Shown here: in pieces, positions 14,595 to 42,109 of the stretch
Numbering within the stretch: position 1 is the first letter of the stretch
Layout of the letters: every line of letters begins with the position of its first letter
Source: Enoplolaimus lenunculus
Taxonomy: Eukaryota
Reading direction: 5' to 3'
Length of the DNA: 64,000 nucleotides
Assembly (NCBI GenBank): GCA_030248215.1
Contig: JASANG010003345.1
Coordinates: 248,001-312,000, forward strand
Made by a program: the position numbers and the translations under genes
Notes under the pieces: generated by a model
Databases searched by the model: none
What the model saw: the letters and a program-made list of their open reading frames with translations, nothing else
What the model was told of the DNA's origin: nothing

Positions 14595-14800
14595 GGCCGC
14601 GTGGTGTAATGGGTAGCGCACTTGACTCGAGAGCGAAAGGTCCAAGGTTCGATTCCCGGCTTGGCCATATGTTTCAGAGAAATTTAGGGGAAAGCAGCCT
14701 ATATTCCCAAAACCTCGAGGAATAGGTTCGTCCCGTCGGCCAGACCGTGCAGTTCTGACACCGCTGACCTCAGCGCGTCGAAATCTATAGAAAAATAAAA
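14595..14800 (+). mobile_element. tRNA-derived SINE; pseudo-tRNA head at 14595-14667
   Basis: GGCCGCG...CTTGGCCA acceptor stem, A box TGGTGTAATGG and B box GGTTCGATTCC. The anticodon and T stems are mismatched. A GC-rich body and A-rich end follow. Confidence 0.7.
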
Positions 14801-14804
14801 TGTT

Positions 14805-14985
14805 TTTCATTAAATTCCTAGATGGGTCCATATTAAGTACATCCGCCAACATGTACCAACATCCCTTTCTATAGTCGGTCGTTCCGGAGCGCCAAAGAAT
14901 ACTAAGTTAAACATCACGCCGGGGACCGTAACCACGTCCCTCATGCACTCAAGCCAATTATGCTACTACTACATCATGTGGTCAT
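14805..14985 (-). mobile_element. Degenerate tRNA-derived SINE, opposite orientation
   Basis: The minus strand reads gaccacatgatgtagtagtagcataattggcttgagtgcatgagggacgtggttacggtccccggcgtgatg, which aligns loosely with the tRNA-like head at 14595. Confidence 0.4.
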
Positions 14986-15925
14986 TACAACAACTTCTTA
15001 TACCAGTATATGTGCACTTCTTCGTAAATAGTTTGCTTTGTTATACTTCTTTCCGTATCTCTATTAAACACACAAAAGTGGAATCTGGGATTCCGTAATT
15101 TTTAGTATGCACTAGCTAAGACCCTTTATTAGATAACCATATATTTCAAGCTCACGATATTTGTGTCGTTGCCAACAATAGGGCTGCAAGTTGATCAAAA
15201 ATGTACATTCGTGAGATTAAAATTCACTTCTTGACATTATCTGAAATTTAAGCCAGAGGTTGGTTTACTGCAGAGTCGCAACAAGCTCAACAATGGTACC
15301 TGATCTGGAACATCAGTTATTCATGTTTTTTACGTTACAACTTGGGCAACCTGGAACACGTTTTGTTCCAAAATCAGGGCAACATTTCTGCTGCATGCTT
15401 ATACGCTATCAAATTTATCCAGTTATGCGTGAAAGCGGATTATTTTTCAAGGAAGCTTAATAGACAAGTGGCAGAAAAGTTTTCAATAGACACTACATAA
15501 TTCATAGGTAGTGCTACAAAAGCGTATAACGGAAATGGCGGAGAAGCGCTACTATCACTCCACTATTCAAAGAACGAGAAAAATGAATACAAAGCAATAG
15601 GCAGAGCAAAACAGTTGTAATAAAGAGGACATCATTGTCTGGAGAACGCTCCCTTCCCAAAGCATAGGTCAATACAGGAACCCCGATGAAACGAATATTT
15701 GTATAAAGGTGATGTATCTTTTGGTTTTCGTTCATTTTTTGTGAAATCTTGGCAAAGTGAGAAAAGACAATGAATTTGGCGATAATAAGCAGAGTGTTAA
15801 TATGTTGAGCGCATAGAATTTAGTAGAAAAATGGTACGTGATACCTGAAAACAAACAATGAAAAACTTGAAATTAGATTACAGAATTTAGCTGGAAAATA
15901 AATGGGTATTTATTTTCAGGGAATT

Positions 15926-16122
15926 GACCCATGCAAAGATCAGGGGCAGACCGTTTTTTCTGTGGGTCTGCAATAGAGTAAGGTTAATCTTTAGAATAAT
16001 TTTTGATTAGCCTAGGCTTAGGAATACGCTCATTCTTGCGCTTAGGCTTCAGGCTTAGGCTTAGGCTTTTAGGCTTCGAAATACGCTTTTGATACTGTTC
16101 CGCCCTGTTCTTTCCATTGGTC
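15926..16122. mobile_element. TTAGGC-carrying MITE
   Basis: gacccatgcaaagatcaggggcag...(ttaggc)n...atactgttccgccctgttctttccattggtc. Confidence 0.7.
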
Positions 16123-16304
16123 GGGAATTGGTAGAATTATGATTAAACACAATGCTACCTAAGCAAATTAAGGCGTTTTGAAAGAATACGAAAGCACCGT
16201 ACGACAAGTTATCTTTATGAAGCTCAAGCATGGCATAATATCTGAGCCGCAGAAAAGACGTAGCTAGAGTGAACGAGGAGGTGGATGATGAACACCATCG
16301 TAAA

Positions 16305-17503
16305 GTGCTATTCACACGTGCAAGTTTTTGCTGGTAGAACTTGTAACTGCAAATTGCATACAGAACTTGCATTTTTTCATGAGCCAATAAGAAAGTGGCT
16401 GGAATAAATTCAGTGAACATACATGATTATTCACACATGTGAACAAAGTTTTCAGCTATATTTTTAATGATTTATTTACAGCTGCAAGTTTTCGAATGGG
16501 ATTTTTGAGAAAACTTGCAAGTGCAAGTTGCAGTTGCAAGTTCTCGCAGCAAAAACGTGCGCGTGCAACTTGCATGTGTAAGTTTGGTCACAAGCTGTGA
16601 AGTTCTTGCAGTTGCAAATTATTCACTGGAATTCATGCTATTTAATTTAATTCGCACACGTGAATGCACTTGCAAGTCGCTTGAATTTTTTGCACCTACA
16701 GTTTGATTTGTCAATCGAAACGTTCTTTTGAAAGTACTTGCTGCTGCAAGTATTTCGTGTAAGTTACAGCTGATGGCATAACATTGAGTGGATGCTGGTC
16801 CAACCCGACATGCATAAAGTTAAGCTCTATTCACACGTGCAAGTTTTTGCTGCCAGAACTTGCAGCTGCGAATTGCACGCACAACTTACATTTTTTTCAT
16901 CAGCCAATGAGAAAGCGGATGCAATAAATTTATTCAACTAGCATGGTTATTCATACATGTGAAATAAATTGCCAGCTTTTATTTTTAATCAATTATTTGC
17001 AGCTGCAAGTTTTTCGAACGGGATTTCGGACACAACTTGTTCAGCTGGAAGTTCTCGCAGCAAAAAACTTACAGGTGTGAAGTGTGAATAGGGCTTTATG
17101 TCTTGGTGAAATTGAATCCTGAATACACTGTAGCCGTTAAAACCAAACGTTGTCTAATGAATGTATTTATCTCGTACCTTAGTGGAAAATTTTCTCCTTT
17201 CAAAAGAATTAAGGAAAGAGATTTAAGCCCTATTCGCACGTTCAAGTTTTTGCTGCAAGAACTTGCAGCTGTAACTTGCACTTGCAAGCTTTGTCCAAAA
17301 TCCCGTTCGAAAAACTTGTAGGTGCAAATAATTCAATAAATTCATAGCTTGAAATTTAGTTCACATGTATGAATAATCATGCAAGTTCAATGAATTTATT
17401 GCAGCCGCTTTCTCATTGGCTGATGAAAAATGCAGGTTCTGCGTGCAATTTGCAGCTGCAAGTTCTCGCAGCAAAAACTTGCAGCACGTGTGAATAGGGT
17501 TTA
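16305..17503. mobile_element. Cluster of three palindromic PIF/Harbinger-like MITEs (about 16305-16685, 16824-17097, 17226-17501)
   Basis: TIRs (gc)cctattcacacgtgcaagtttttgctg / cagcaaaaacttgc..cacgtgtgaataggg with TTA/TAA flanks. A partial copy lies at about 33340-33503. Confidence 0.75.
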
Positions 17504-17546
17504 ATTGTAAAAATCAAACACGTGTTAAGTGTTTAGTTTTAGCAAA

Positions 17547-32166
<14,620 letters not shown>

Positions 32167-35100
32167 ACTCATTCGATTGCTTTGTTTTATTATTATTATT
32201 TTGTTTCATATTTGTTTATAAAATAATGATCAATCCAGTAATAAGAAAAAGCAAGAAAATTTGTCAGAAAACTCGAAGCTGTTCGGTGCTAGTTTCGTGC
32301 TTTTTTATATTATGCACATCGACGACCAACTCAAGTCACATAGCCAGGGTACAACTAGATGCAAATCAATTTTGGTTAGAACCAGGTAGTGAAAATTAAT
32401 CTATTATGGAAAACTTTTTTTTAGTTTCAACATGTGGAGTTTTAATGTCGATGCTGAAGCGCTTAGCTGTGATAAAATATTTCAGTATCTACGGCAGTTT
32501 TGAAAGCAAATTGTTTTCAAAGAAAACTTTTTGGCAATGAAAGTGCCAAAAATTAAAATCATATTATGCTTGTGGTGCATGCTACTGCCCCTTTCTAAGA
32601 CAAAACCTTGCTATTGTTTGCTCTTTCCTCAGTTGCAATTTAATCGCAATGTATAGTCGTTGACTGTTGCTTGTATTTTCAAACGTGTGTAGTAGCATCT
32701 ATCATTAATTTTTGAAAAATATAACTTTTGAAATCATCATTTAGTGAATTCCTAAGTTTAGTACACTTTTCGTACTGATTTGTTTTATACTTGAACAGGA
32801 TATTTTTAATCTGAAGCAACAACGATTCGCTTGTTTGAAAACCGGAGCGTTTTTGATCAGGAGGTAAAACTCCGTGTAACGTTCTAACCGGTGAATGCTA
32901 AACGGTTAATTTAAGTTGAGTACGCTTTCAACACAAATTTGTTTTGCATCTGGTCTGTACGTTTAGCGCAGTTCGCTTGTTTGACTGATGTATGCTTGTA
33001 GTTCAGCTTGTGTGTCTTGTATTCATATCAAAATATATTCTCCATAAGTTTTTAGCTGCCCCCTGGCCATTCCGTCCGTTCTATATATTGAACATTTTTG
33101 TTTGTATTTATGTTATAATCTCTATGGCATTTTGTAATCGGTATATTATATGTTGCAGTGGCAGAAATAGGATAATCATGGTTAGATTTGAGTTTTAATA
33201 CGTTTCCAAGTGGACATCAGTGTTAGTATTTCAATGCTGAAAATTCGGACGTCTGCAAACGTTTTGCAGGGTGTAGACACCAGGCTTTCTTCGTCCATGC
33301 GGCCTAGATATATTGCTATTTTCGGTATGTAGAACTTGTTTTTTTCATCAGCCAACGAGAACGCGACTGCAGTAAATTCTTACTCATGTGAACTAAATTT
33401 TTAGCTATGAGTTTTATTGAATTATTTGCAGCTGCAAAACTTGCAAGTGCAAGTTGCAGCTGCAACTTCTCGCAGCTAAAACTAGCACATGTGAATAGGG
33501 CTTTATTTTGCTTTTTTGGTTTTGAATCAAAATACCAAAGGACTGTATATATTTTGCCAAAGACCTATTTTATCACAATGTAAAAAGGGCGTTTCCAAAG
33601 AAGAGAGTTTTAGTGGTCAAGAATTCCTTAAGGATTTTTGTAAAAAAGCTTCAGATGCTTTTTCAGTTTTTAATACAAAAGCCCCCACTTCGAAACAATC
33701 ATAGAACGTAAATACCCTCTTACTGAAATCCTGGCTACACCCATGACTGCGTATAAGATTGGTTTTTGAAGGAATCTGTTTTTGAGAAAATGCGAATTGC
33801 TTTCCGCGATAACCGGAATTTCAGTAGGTTGTCGAGGCAGAGCTTGGTAGCGATTTTTCAGAATTTGTTTAAAAAATTAACAAATAGCTTATTTTACCAG
33901 GTTAATATATTTGTTAATTCAATCCCCTGAAGTAGTGTGCCTAAAGTTTGAGATTGCTACAGTATATATACTATGCTAGTGTTTTTGTTATTAAGCTTTT
34001 ATGTGCCATTTTAATCACGTGTTTATTTAAGCAGCATCAGGAATTGTGAGGATGTATACTTCTTATTGCGGTAGCTTAGGTCATCTTAAAGACCGTAGCG
34101 GAACGCCATAGTTGTAGCCGTAATTTTGGTTTCGTTAGCAGATCCGGTATTTTTACAGCGCCGGTTCGGTAGTGTGCAACACAGTCGAGCTGGGACAATT
34201 GGGTGTTTCTTTTGCTTTCTGGGTCCGAATCAAACATGACCGTCGGTGTTGTATTGTTTGTTATTTTAAGTTAACTTTTAGCTTTTTACATAGTATTGCA
34301 TTGAATTGAGTTTGTCCGTTTTTGTTGGTTTTATGTTTATGTGTGTTACCTGTATACTGTAAGATTGTTTTATTATACTTGGAGTATTGGGATATGAACA
34401 AATTTTTCGCAATGAATAACGGAAACGACAAGATTGTTTTAGCTGGTTCAAGGATATATAAATACGTATATGTCGTAGCCAAAGCCGTATTTCAGCCCAA
34501 TTCTGAATTGGGCTATTCCAGAGTAAAATTACGGCTTGGGCTATTCCAGGGTAAAATTACGGCTTGGGCTAGTCTCAGTAATTCTCTCTTTGCTACAAGT
34601 GTATGCCTTGTGATTGTCTTACTACCTTAATGCCATACGCAAATACAATTAGCTGATGCAAATACTGGTTTCTGATTGGCTAAGTAATTACTTAAAACGC
34701 GCAGCTTTTTTGAACTATTTCGCCTAGTGCTAAGCCAAGTGGTTATTCCGCTTTGGACTAGCTCATTTCGTAATTGTGCTGAATAACGGCTTAGGCTGCG
34801 CCATATATACACGAAGAATAAACTCAATCAAAGTTTTCAGCTAGGCTTAATATATTTTAACAGTTACGCCTGTAACGATACTTAACTTTAACCTGAGGTG
34901 AAATTTTTTGAAATTGGTTAACTCTTGCAGCATTTTAGTGTTTGTGTGCATTTTAATTTTTTTGCTAGCTTGTAATGAATCTCGTTTGGTGTCACAGTGT
35001 AGAGTGGTGTATACTTTTTTCAGCAGTATTGTATTTTTACATTGGTGTGCTATTGTTTTTGGTTATGTGTCATTTAGGCAACTGGATGAAAGGTGTACAC

Positions 35101-36255
35101 CACCATCCCCCAAAAACGTATTAGGTTAAGTATATTTTTTCATAAAAAAAGCTTGCCTAAACCTTTGACCTAAGCCTTTACTTGAGCCTGACTCTACGAC
35201 TTAACCTAAGCTGTGGGGGGAAAAGTGTATAAGGGCCCTGATGTTGAAGGACTTGGGTCAGAAAAATTATATTTAAGTTCAAAGAATCCATTTCTTTGCC
35301 CCTCCCTCCCCCTCTGACTAGGAGCTCGAAACTGTAGTTTAAGAAACATATAACTGTATGAGAGAAACCCTCGTGAATGGGTATGTTAAAATTTTGGAGT
35401 ATGGTATAGTTTTCTCGTTTGAAAATCAATCGCTAACTGATGATAAGCACAACTGACATTCCAAATAATGGCTTTGTCTGTGTGCGCGCCTTCCTGTGTT
35501 GTGTAAAAATGCAGAAAACTTGGTTCGTATTTTCAATTCTGATAACCCTTACCAGCATTTGGTTATTACGGAAAAACTCTTAACTCGAAAACTTACAACT
35601 TGTTCACTAAATTGTAACTAAACCTGATCCGATGTAACGTTCCCGGTAGTGCAAACGGCAAAGTCACACCTGCTGTGATGCTGTACTCTGCAAACGGAAT
35701 AATGTTCCTGACCAGTTTAAAATATTTTAAATATTTTAAATTTTTAATCGATGCTGTCACTTTTAGTTAGGCTTGCACTTTGGCTTGAATACGTGTTCTT
35801 GTCTTCCGTTTCCCGTCAAGTTTTTGTATTTGACATAACAGCATGAATGTATGATATTCTTTCTGATGCATACTTTGTTTCCATGGACTGTTGCAATTGT
35901 TGTATTATCAAAATTTATTATTTTAAAATATCCGTTTCTGTCTTTAAAGTACAAAATTTAGATTAAATTTTGAAGTAACATGTTTTTTGTTTAAAGCAGT
36001 GAAAAAATTTTGGTCTGCCGGCGATGAAAAACCTGATTAAAGTTGTTGTTGAGGTAGGAAATTGGTTTTAATCCTTTGCCAATTCTTAACGGAAAACCCC
36101 TACTAGAATGTAACCATGTTCGGCTAAGGCGAGATTTCGTTGCAACCCCCACATGTGTAATTGAGTGTAAATATTGTTTATATTAATGTCTGAAATATGT
36201 GACGTGCAATGGCTTATCTATTTGAAGAGCTTTACGTTCGTTATTTTGTATTGTG

Positions 36256-36490
36256 GGCCCATGTAAAGATCAGGGGCAGGAGTTTTTCTGTGGAACTACA
36301 ATAGAGTAAGCAGACTAATTGTTTTGCGTGGCTTGGGCTTAGGAATATGCTCATTCTTACGCTAAGGTTTAGGCTTAGGAGTATGCTCATTCTTACGCTT
36401 AGGTTTAGGAATATGCTCATGCTTAAGCTTAAGTTTAGGCTTAGGAATATGCTTATAATACTGTTCCGCCCCTGTTCTTTACATTTGGCC
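36256..36490. mobile_element. TTAGGC-carrying MITE
   Basis: ggcccatgtaaagatcaggggcag...ttaggcttaggaatatgctcattctt units...atactgttccgcccctgttctttacatttggcc. Confidence 0.75.
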
Positions 36491-37623
36491 GTATTGTGTA
36501 ATTGAGGCTCAAGGTGCCAATGGATATCTATTAAAATGCGGAATGCAAAGTGAGAACCAAATTTTAAAACTTATATGGTTGTAGTTCCTATCGATATGTA
36601 AGGAAAAATAGGTTCATGTATACATCCGACCCTTAGGCTTAGACCTAGGCTTAGGCTTCGATTTAGGAATAGTTTACCTAAGCCTAAAGCCTAATCTTAA
36701 TTCTTGGCCGTAAATGTGAGGAAAGTGTGCAAGAGCCGGTTGAGTTGATTTATGTCAGTATGTTTTGTTTGAAACCGAGGTGCTATTCTGTATTAATTGA
36801 TCGTGACCTTGTTTTAGTGTTTTGCTATAGGTTGTAAGAATGAAGTCATTGTCAAGTAGAATATCCGGTTCACACCTTGGGAATGTGAAATATGACTGTT
36901 TATATATATATTTGTGTAATTTTATGTGTTTTAAAATTTAACATCCGGATGTATTAATAGGAGCCACTAACGGAAACGATTAGTATGGTGATGTTAATGT
37001 ACGCACACTAAAAATGTTTTGATTTTGAATTGTAAAAAGACTGAAGACTTATTGGATTTTATTTATCTTTAATACTAAACCCAACTTATCGCAGCATTTG
37101 GGTTGCCGTCCTGCGGTTTTTGTTCGTTCGTTAACGACAGCGTTTAAGCAAATAGTGAGAATAACAGAAACGAATATGGTTTTTTACCGGAACTGAAACG
37201 GTTATGTGGTTACATCCAGGTTGACAGAAGTGAAGGATATCGGATATCTCTCACATATATATTCGTGTATGTATATATTTATTTTGGAATACATATCCGG
37301 ATATTTTATCATTTTTGTTTCGTTTATACCCGATATGAATTTCGTAGGAAACATTTTCGAATATCCGGTGCTCATCTGTCTATAGTAGAGTAGCCATTGA
37401 TTGTAGAAAATATGATTTCGAAAATTACACGGATCGCAAAACTTTCAAACTGACCCCTGTCCAGCAATCCTGGTTTTTGTGTCATACTTGTAATTGACAA
37501 TAGTTGTATGTAGTCTTAATATTAGTTCCTTCCGTGTTTATATTTTACTATATATATTCTGTTTGCAAAGTAAATCTGCATTTTTGTTGTCTTATTTACT
37601 AACTTATTGTGTTTGAGCTTACT

Positions 37624-39010
37624 GGAATTGAATTACATTGGAATTGACAAAGGTAGCGGTTGTTTTGATTCAATATGGAACGAGCTCTTGAAAGGGCTAC
37701 GGCTAGGATGTACCAACCCACTACCCGGACCACGTTTCTCGATTCCATTTCCTGCTCAGCGCCTACAGCTTATCCAAAACACAGGGGCATGCATGTATGT
37801 GCAGGATGCAACCGCATCTCGTTTCTTTAAGAATTGGAGTCTTATACATACTCCACAATCAAAACTGTGAGGTGGTGGAAAATTTTAGCGTCAATTCCAC
37901 ATCTCAATTTCACGTTTTTGTTCAATTCCAGAACTCCACATTTTGCACTACTAGGTATTCAGGAATTGAAAACTCATAAAATAGGAGGCATATAGGAATT
38001 GAAATTCTTTCGCGCAATGAAACTTCATGTCCAAAGTGTTTACAAAATTTCACCACGTTCATTTCTTGAATAGTCAATTCCAGGAAATTTCGTTATCTAC
38101 AATCTAACATAAAACTCGCAATTCAACTCCAGTAGTCCTTGAATTAAGGCTTTAAAGTAAATTGATTTCAACGAAAAATCTGAACTTACAAAATTAATCA
38201 ATTCCTCAATACATAAAAGATGAAAACAGAGTTGACAATAAATCTCCTCAAATCTTGAATTTCAATTCAAATACACGCAATTGTTTTAAAATCCAATTCC
38301 AACAATCCTACCTATTAGACCTTTACAAAATTTCAATTCCAACAATCTCGTTGTTTATCGGATAAGGATTTCTTGAATTAAATTTAGATTAGAGGACGCT
38401 TTCTGGGAGAGAACTTTAAAATTTTGCACATTTTGATTAGACTCTTTACGTTCAATTCCAAATTATTGACATTGTAAATTCAAATTGATTTTGAATTCCA
38501 ATATAGACAATTTATCTGTAAAATCATTTCCTTAATACCGTAGAACTCATTTTTGGATTATGTGAATACCTACCAAATTTACATCAAAATAACTTTGCAA
38601 CTCTCGAACAACAGTAATATATTGTAACGCGTTCATAAGAATTGAATCTTTAAAACCTTCATTAAATTTTGTCAATTCCATAACACTACATTCCATTTGA
38701 ATGTCACTTGCAATGCACACAGGTCAGACGAATGTTTCAATTCCTAAACGCCATGTTTGTAGTGAGTAAAAGTATTGACATAGTCAGAGCGATATAAAAA
38801 CTGAAATAAAATTTAATTCAATGAACACCACTTTTACACTGGTGTTCAATTCCTTAACACGCTATTGTTTTAACATGCATGTTATGGAATGGAAATTTTG
38901 TTCAATTCTTAAAAACGCTTTGAGTGAATTTTATGAATTGAAAATTTAGTTCAATTCCCATACACGAAAATTTCACATGTCTAAATTTTGCCTTTGTCTG
39001 GGATTGAAAT
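37624..39010. repeat. Dispersed array of the TTCAATTCC/GGAATTGAA motif with unique spacers
   Basis: 14 exact TCAATTCC/GGAATTGA 8-mers (37624, 37640, 37891, 37922, 37962, 37995, 38074, 38198, 38333, 38452, 38672, 38737, 38846, 38951) plus about 10 single-mismatch variants. Confidence 0.8.
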
Positions 39011-39331
39011 TCAGTTTTCCACCAAGCCACATTTTTAATGGTGGAGCATGCATTATGCTCAACATTTGTTTTTAGTCACGTATATAACGCAATTTTTATT
39101 TACCGATAGGTATGCTTCAAAGGTTCGACAGAAAATAGAAATTACGAAATTCATTCAAAATTTTGCAAGTTTCGGCGCATCCGCGGTTTTTCCTTAAAAT
39201 TTTAAATAACCGGTGAGTATTTGCACGCTTCAATTGTGTTGGCAGAAAATAAATATTTGAAGCGTTTATACTTAAATTTCTGTTTTTTATTGCTGTCCAA
39301 TTCCGTTATTATACTGTCCGTTTACTTTCTA

Positions 39332-39519
39332 CACTGCAAAAAATGGTGAGTCAAATTGACTCTCTCCGAAATTGACTCTACGGGACTACACATACTGAGT
39401 CTAATTTGACTCCGCCAGAGTCAAACGTGCGGCTCAGTGAGTCGAATTTGACTCTGTTTGTGTAGTTCCGTAGAGCCTAATTCAAAGAGAGTCAATTTGA
39501 CTCACCAGTTTTTGCAGTG
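39332..39519. mobile_element. CMC/EnSpm-like palindromic MITE (CACTG termini, TA flanks)
   Basis: ta|cactgcaaaaaatggtgagtcaaattgactctct ... agagagtcaatttgactcaccagtttttgcagtg|ta, with many internal TGACTC/GAGTCA repeats. Confidence 0.75.
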
Positions 39520-40286
39520 TAGGTACATATCTATGGCCACGACGAAAACTCACGAGCGATTAGCCAAATAGTGGATTTGTTGACTTCCCAGGTGTCATGC
39601 GGTAACCGCTGCACTGTCCAGTGATTTTGTCTATTTGTAGTAGTTGTCATACTACCAATGCAAATTTATTTTAATATTGCACTGCGTGTGAACTTTTCCG
39701 GCACCCACCGCGCGACTCTCCACAGCGGCTTCGCCTCCCAGTACGCTCTCCTCTCACCCCCCTCCCGCTGGTCGCCATAGCACCGCAGCCAATGGTACTT
39801 TGAGGGGTGTCTGATTTTCTCGCCTGATCATTTAGTGTTGTGTTTTAGTTCTATCTTTCACGGTGATAAACCTGCCAGACCTGGACTTGCTTGGTGATCA
39901 GGAATGAACATAAGTGCGTTATAGAAGGTAATCATAATATACTAAACCAGACCTTAGCCAGGATTTTAGAAACGGTTATTGTTTACGTTTTATAAAAACT
40001 TTCAAAAAGCGTCTCGCCTCGTGTATCACCAACTGAAAACGTTTTTAAACTGATCAAAAGTTACAAAGGTGAGATGGGTTGACTCTAAACCCTCCCCCTC
40101 TGGGTACGACCTTGAGTGTAAGTTTTGTGCTTTTTATATACGTTTTCTTTTGTATCTACTTTGCAATAAAATGTGCACAATAATAGTAAGCGGAAGCTAA
40201 TTAAGTTGTTTGCTTATCAGTTGTTTAGCCTTGGTCGTAAAGCGTTCATTACCAAACATGTCATATTCGTTTATAGTCTGTGACCG

Positions 40287-40790
40287 GCAGGGTTGGGTAC
40301 CGGTAAAACCAATGGAAAAAACGGTTTTCGGTTTATTCCAAGGGTGGAAAAACGGAAAAAACTTTATTATAATCTCCGTAAATCACTCGCAAAACAGCAA
40401 CAAAGCATTTCGAAAACCGTGAGAAATTCGCATTTCTCACGCTCCGAGTCAGTGGCGGATCCAGGAAACTCTAAAAGGGGAGACCCAACGAGATATAGCG
40501 GAAGCACTCGTGAGCGAAGCGAGCGAGGAGCCATACACCATTTTAGTGGTCAACCTTTAAATACTTTTTTGGTGGATACATGCCTCTCATAAACTTCTTG
40601 AAAGACCAGGGAAACACATGTTTACAGGTTCTAAGTTCAACAACGCTTTACTAAAGCTGCGGTGGATCCTCATGAGCGGACGTAGTGTATGTAGAGTTGT
40701 GTTTCCTATCGCCCCAGCAGTCCTACTGTGTTAGAAAGTATGCTATACAAATGGTTTCCTAATCAAATCGTAATTTTAGTTGCATCCCTG
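40287..40790. mobile_element. hAT-like element (cagggttggg ... gttgcatccctg) inside the left arm of an old inverted duplication
   Basis: CAGGG termini. A diverged inverted copy lies at about 60427-60739. Confidence 0.55.
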
Positions 40791-41037
40791 CTACTATATA
40801 TGTCTTTAATCTTGAAGTAATTGCTGTATCTATTTGAGATTTTTTATGTTTCTCTTTAATGTACTATTTATTCAAATATATGAAGCGTTAATTTCGGAAC
40901 CTAACTTCGGACTAATTTGATTTTTCATGTCAATAAACTACAAATCCTGTTTGCAGATGTTTTGCCGGATTCAACCCCGCAAGTTTATGGTCACCTTGGC
41001 TGGCATATGCACCTTTTATGGTATTTGACAGCTCAGT

Positions 41038-42109
41038 TGTAACACAGCGTACTTAAAAAATCCAACTTCAAACTCGGTCAGCACTCTGGAGAACAACTTC
41101 TTAATTAAGTTCGAAGGTTACCAAAGCAAGCACAAATCTCTAATTCTCTTACAATAAAAATCGCACGAGCTATAAATCTAAAACAACTTAATTAAACTCA
41201 AGCCCCATGGTAGAAACAAATGCTTAAACTTTCCTATGCCCCAAAAATATCTCAGATCGCGCAACACAAAATACCTATTTTCAGAATCCAGAAACCGAAT
41301 ATAGAACATTAAAATTACGGCTCCCTTAAAGGGCAAAACAGTCTTAAATATTAATCTGTTACTACTCGGCAACTCATTAGACCATTTAAAACCCCAAAAT
41401 AGCACTAATTGACACCCCAGAATACTTGTAATCAACATCATACAAACCAAGAAACTTCTCGTCTAACCAGATAAATTACACAACTACCTATTTGTTAACA
41501 GTCACAATGGCATTAAAACTTATTAGTGTATTTTCAACCCCAATCTGAAATTATAAGCACTAACACCCTTAATTCCAGAACAAGTTATTCAAGAAACACT
41601 CCTCTGATCGCATTCTACCCGCTGATTGTAATATGCCCCTTGGCTGAATCCGTGCGACTGTCTTCACAAAAACAATACATTGCAAAATTCATAAGCTTAC
41701 AATCCAGAATAAATTGCACATGCACAATATATATGCGTCTACATAAATCTGCATATATGCATTTATTTATCTACAATATAAAATTTTAAAGCAGGCGCTC
41801 AGCTGATTTCGACAACAACAACAACATCAAAACTACGTACATTCATAGTGCCTTCATACACGCAATAAAAACACACTATGCACAAACACACCCATATATA
41901 CGCTTGTTTAAAATTACAAAAATTTCCAACATAAGCTAAATTCTGCAATTAGGGGGTACAGCAATAGACTAAAATCCAGAAAGAGGGGATAGCCTAAAAT
42001 AAATTTTTTAAACTGCTAATTCAGCTGAAAAAAATAAACAAAAAAATTCACAGGATGTATAAACTAAAAATTACACCCCTCATTAACTAGTCCTGGCCCT
42101 CATGCTACA
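41038..42109 (-). repeat. 3' LTR (about 1.07 kb), lacking about 940 bp present in the 5' LTR
   Basis: tgtaacac...catgctaca. The junction tatttgttaacagtcac joins the sequences found at 44181 and 45122 in the other LTR. Confidence 0.88.

Noticed and set aside
14595..14667. Functional tRNA-Ser(CGA)
   Set aside because: It has no long variable arm, the anticodon and T stems are mismatched, and a SINE-like body follows.
37624..39010. CRISPR-like reading of the motif array
   Set aside because: The repeat is only about 9 bp, occurs in both orientations and has very uneven spacers. The context is eukaryotic with no cas genes.
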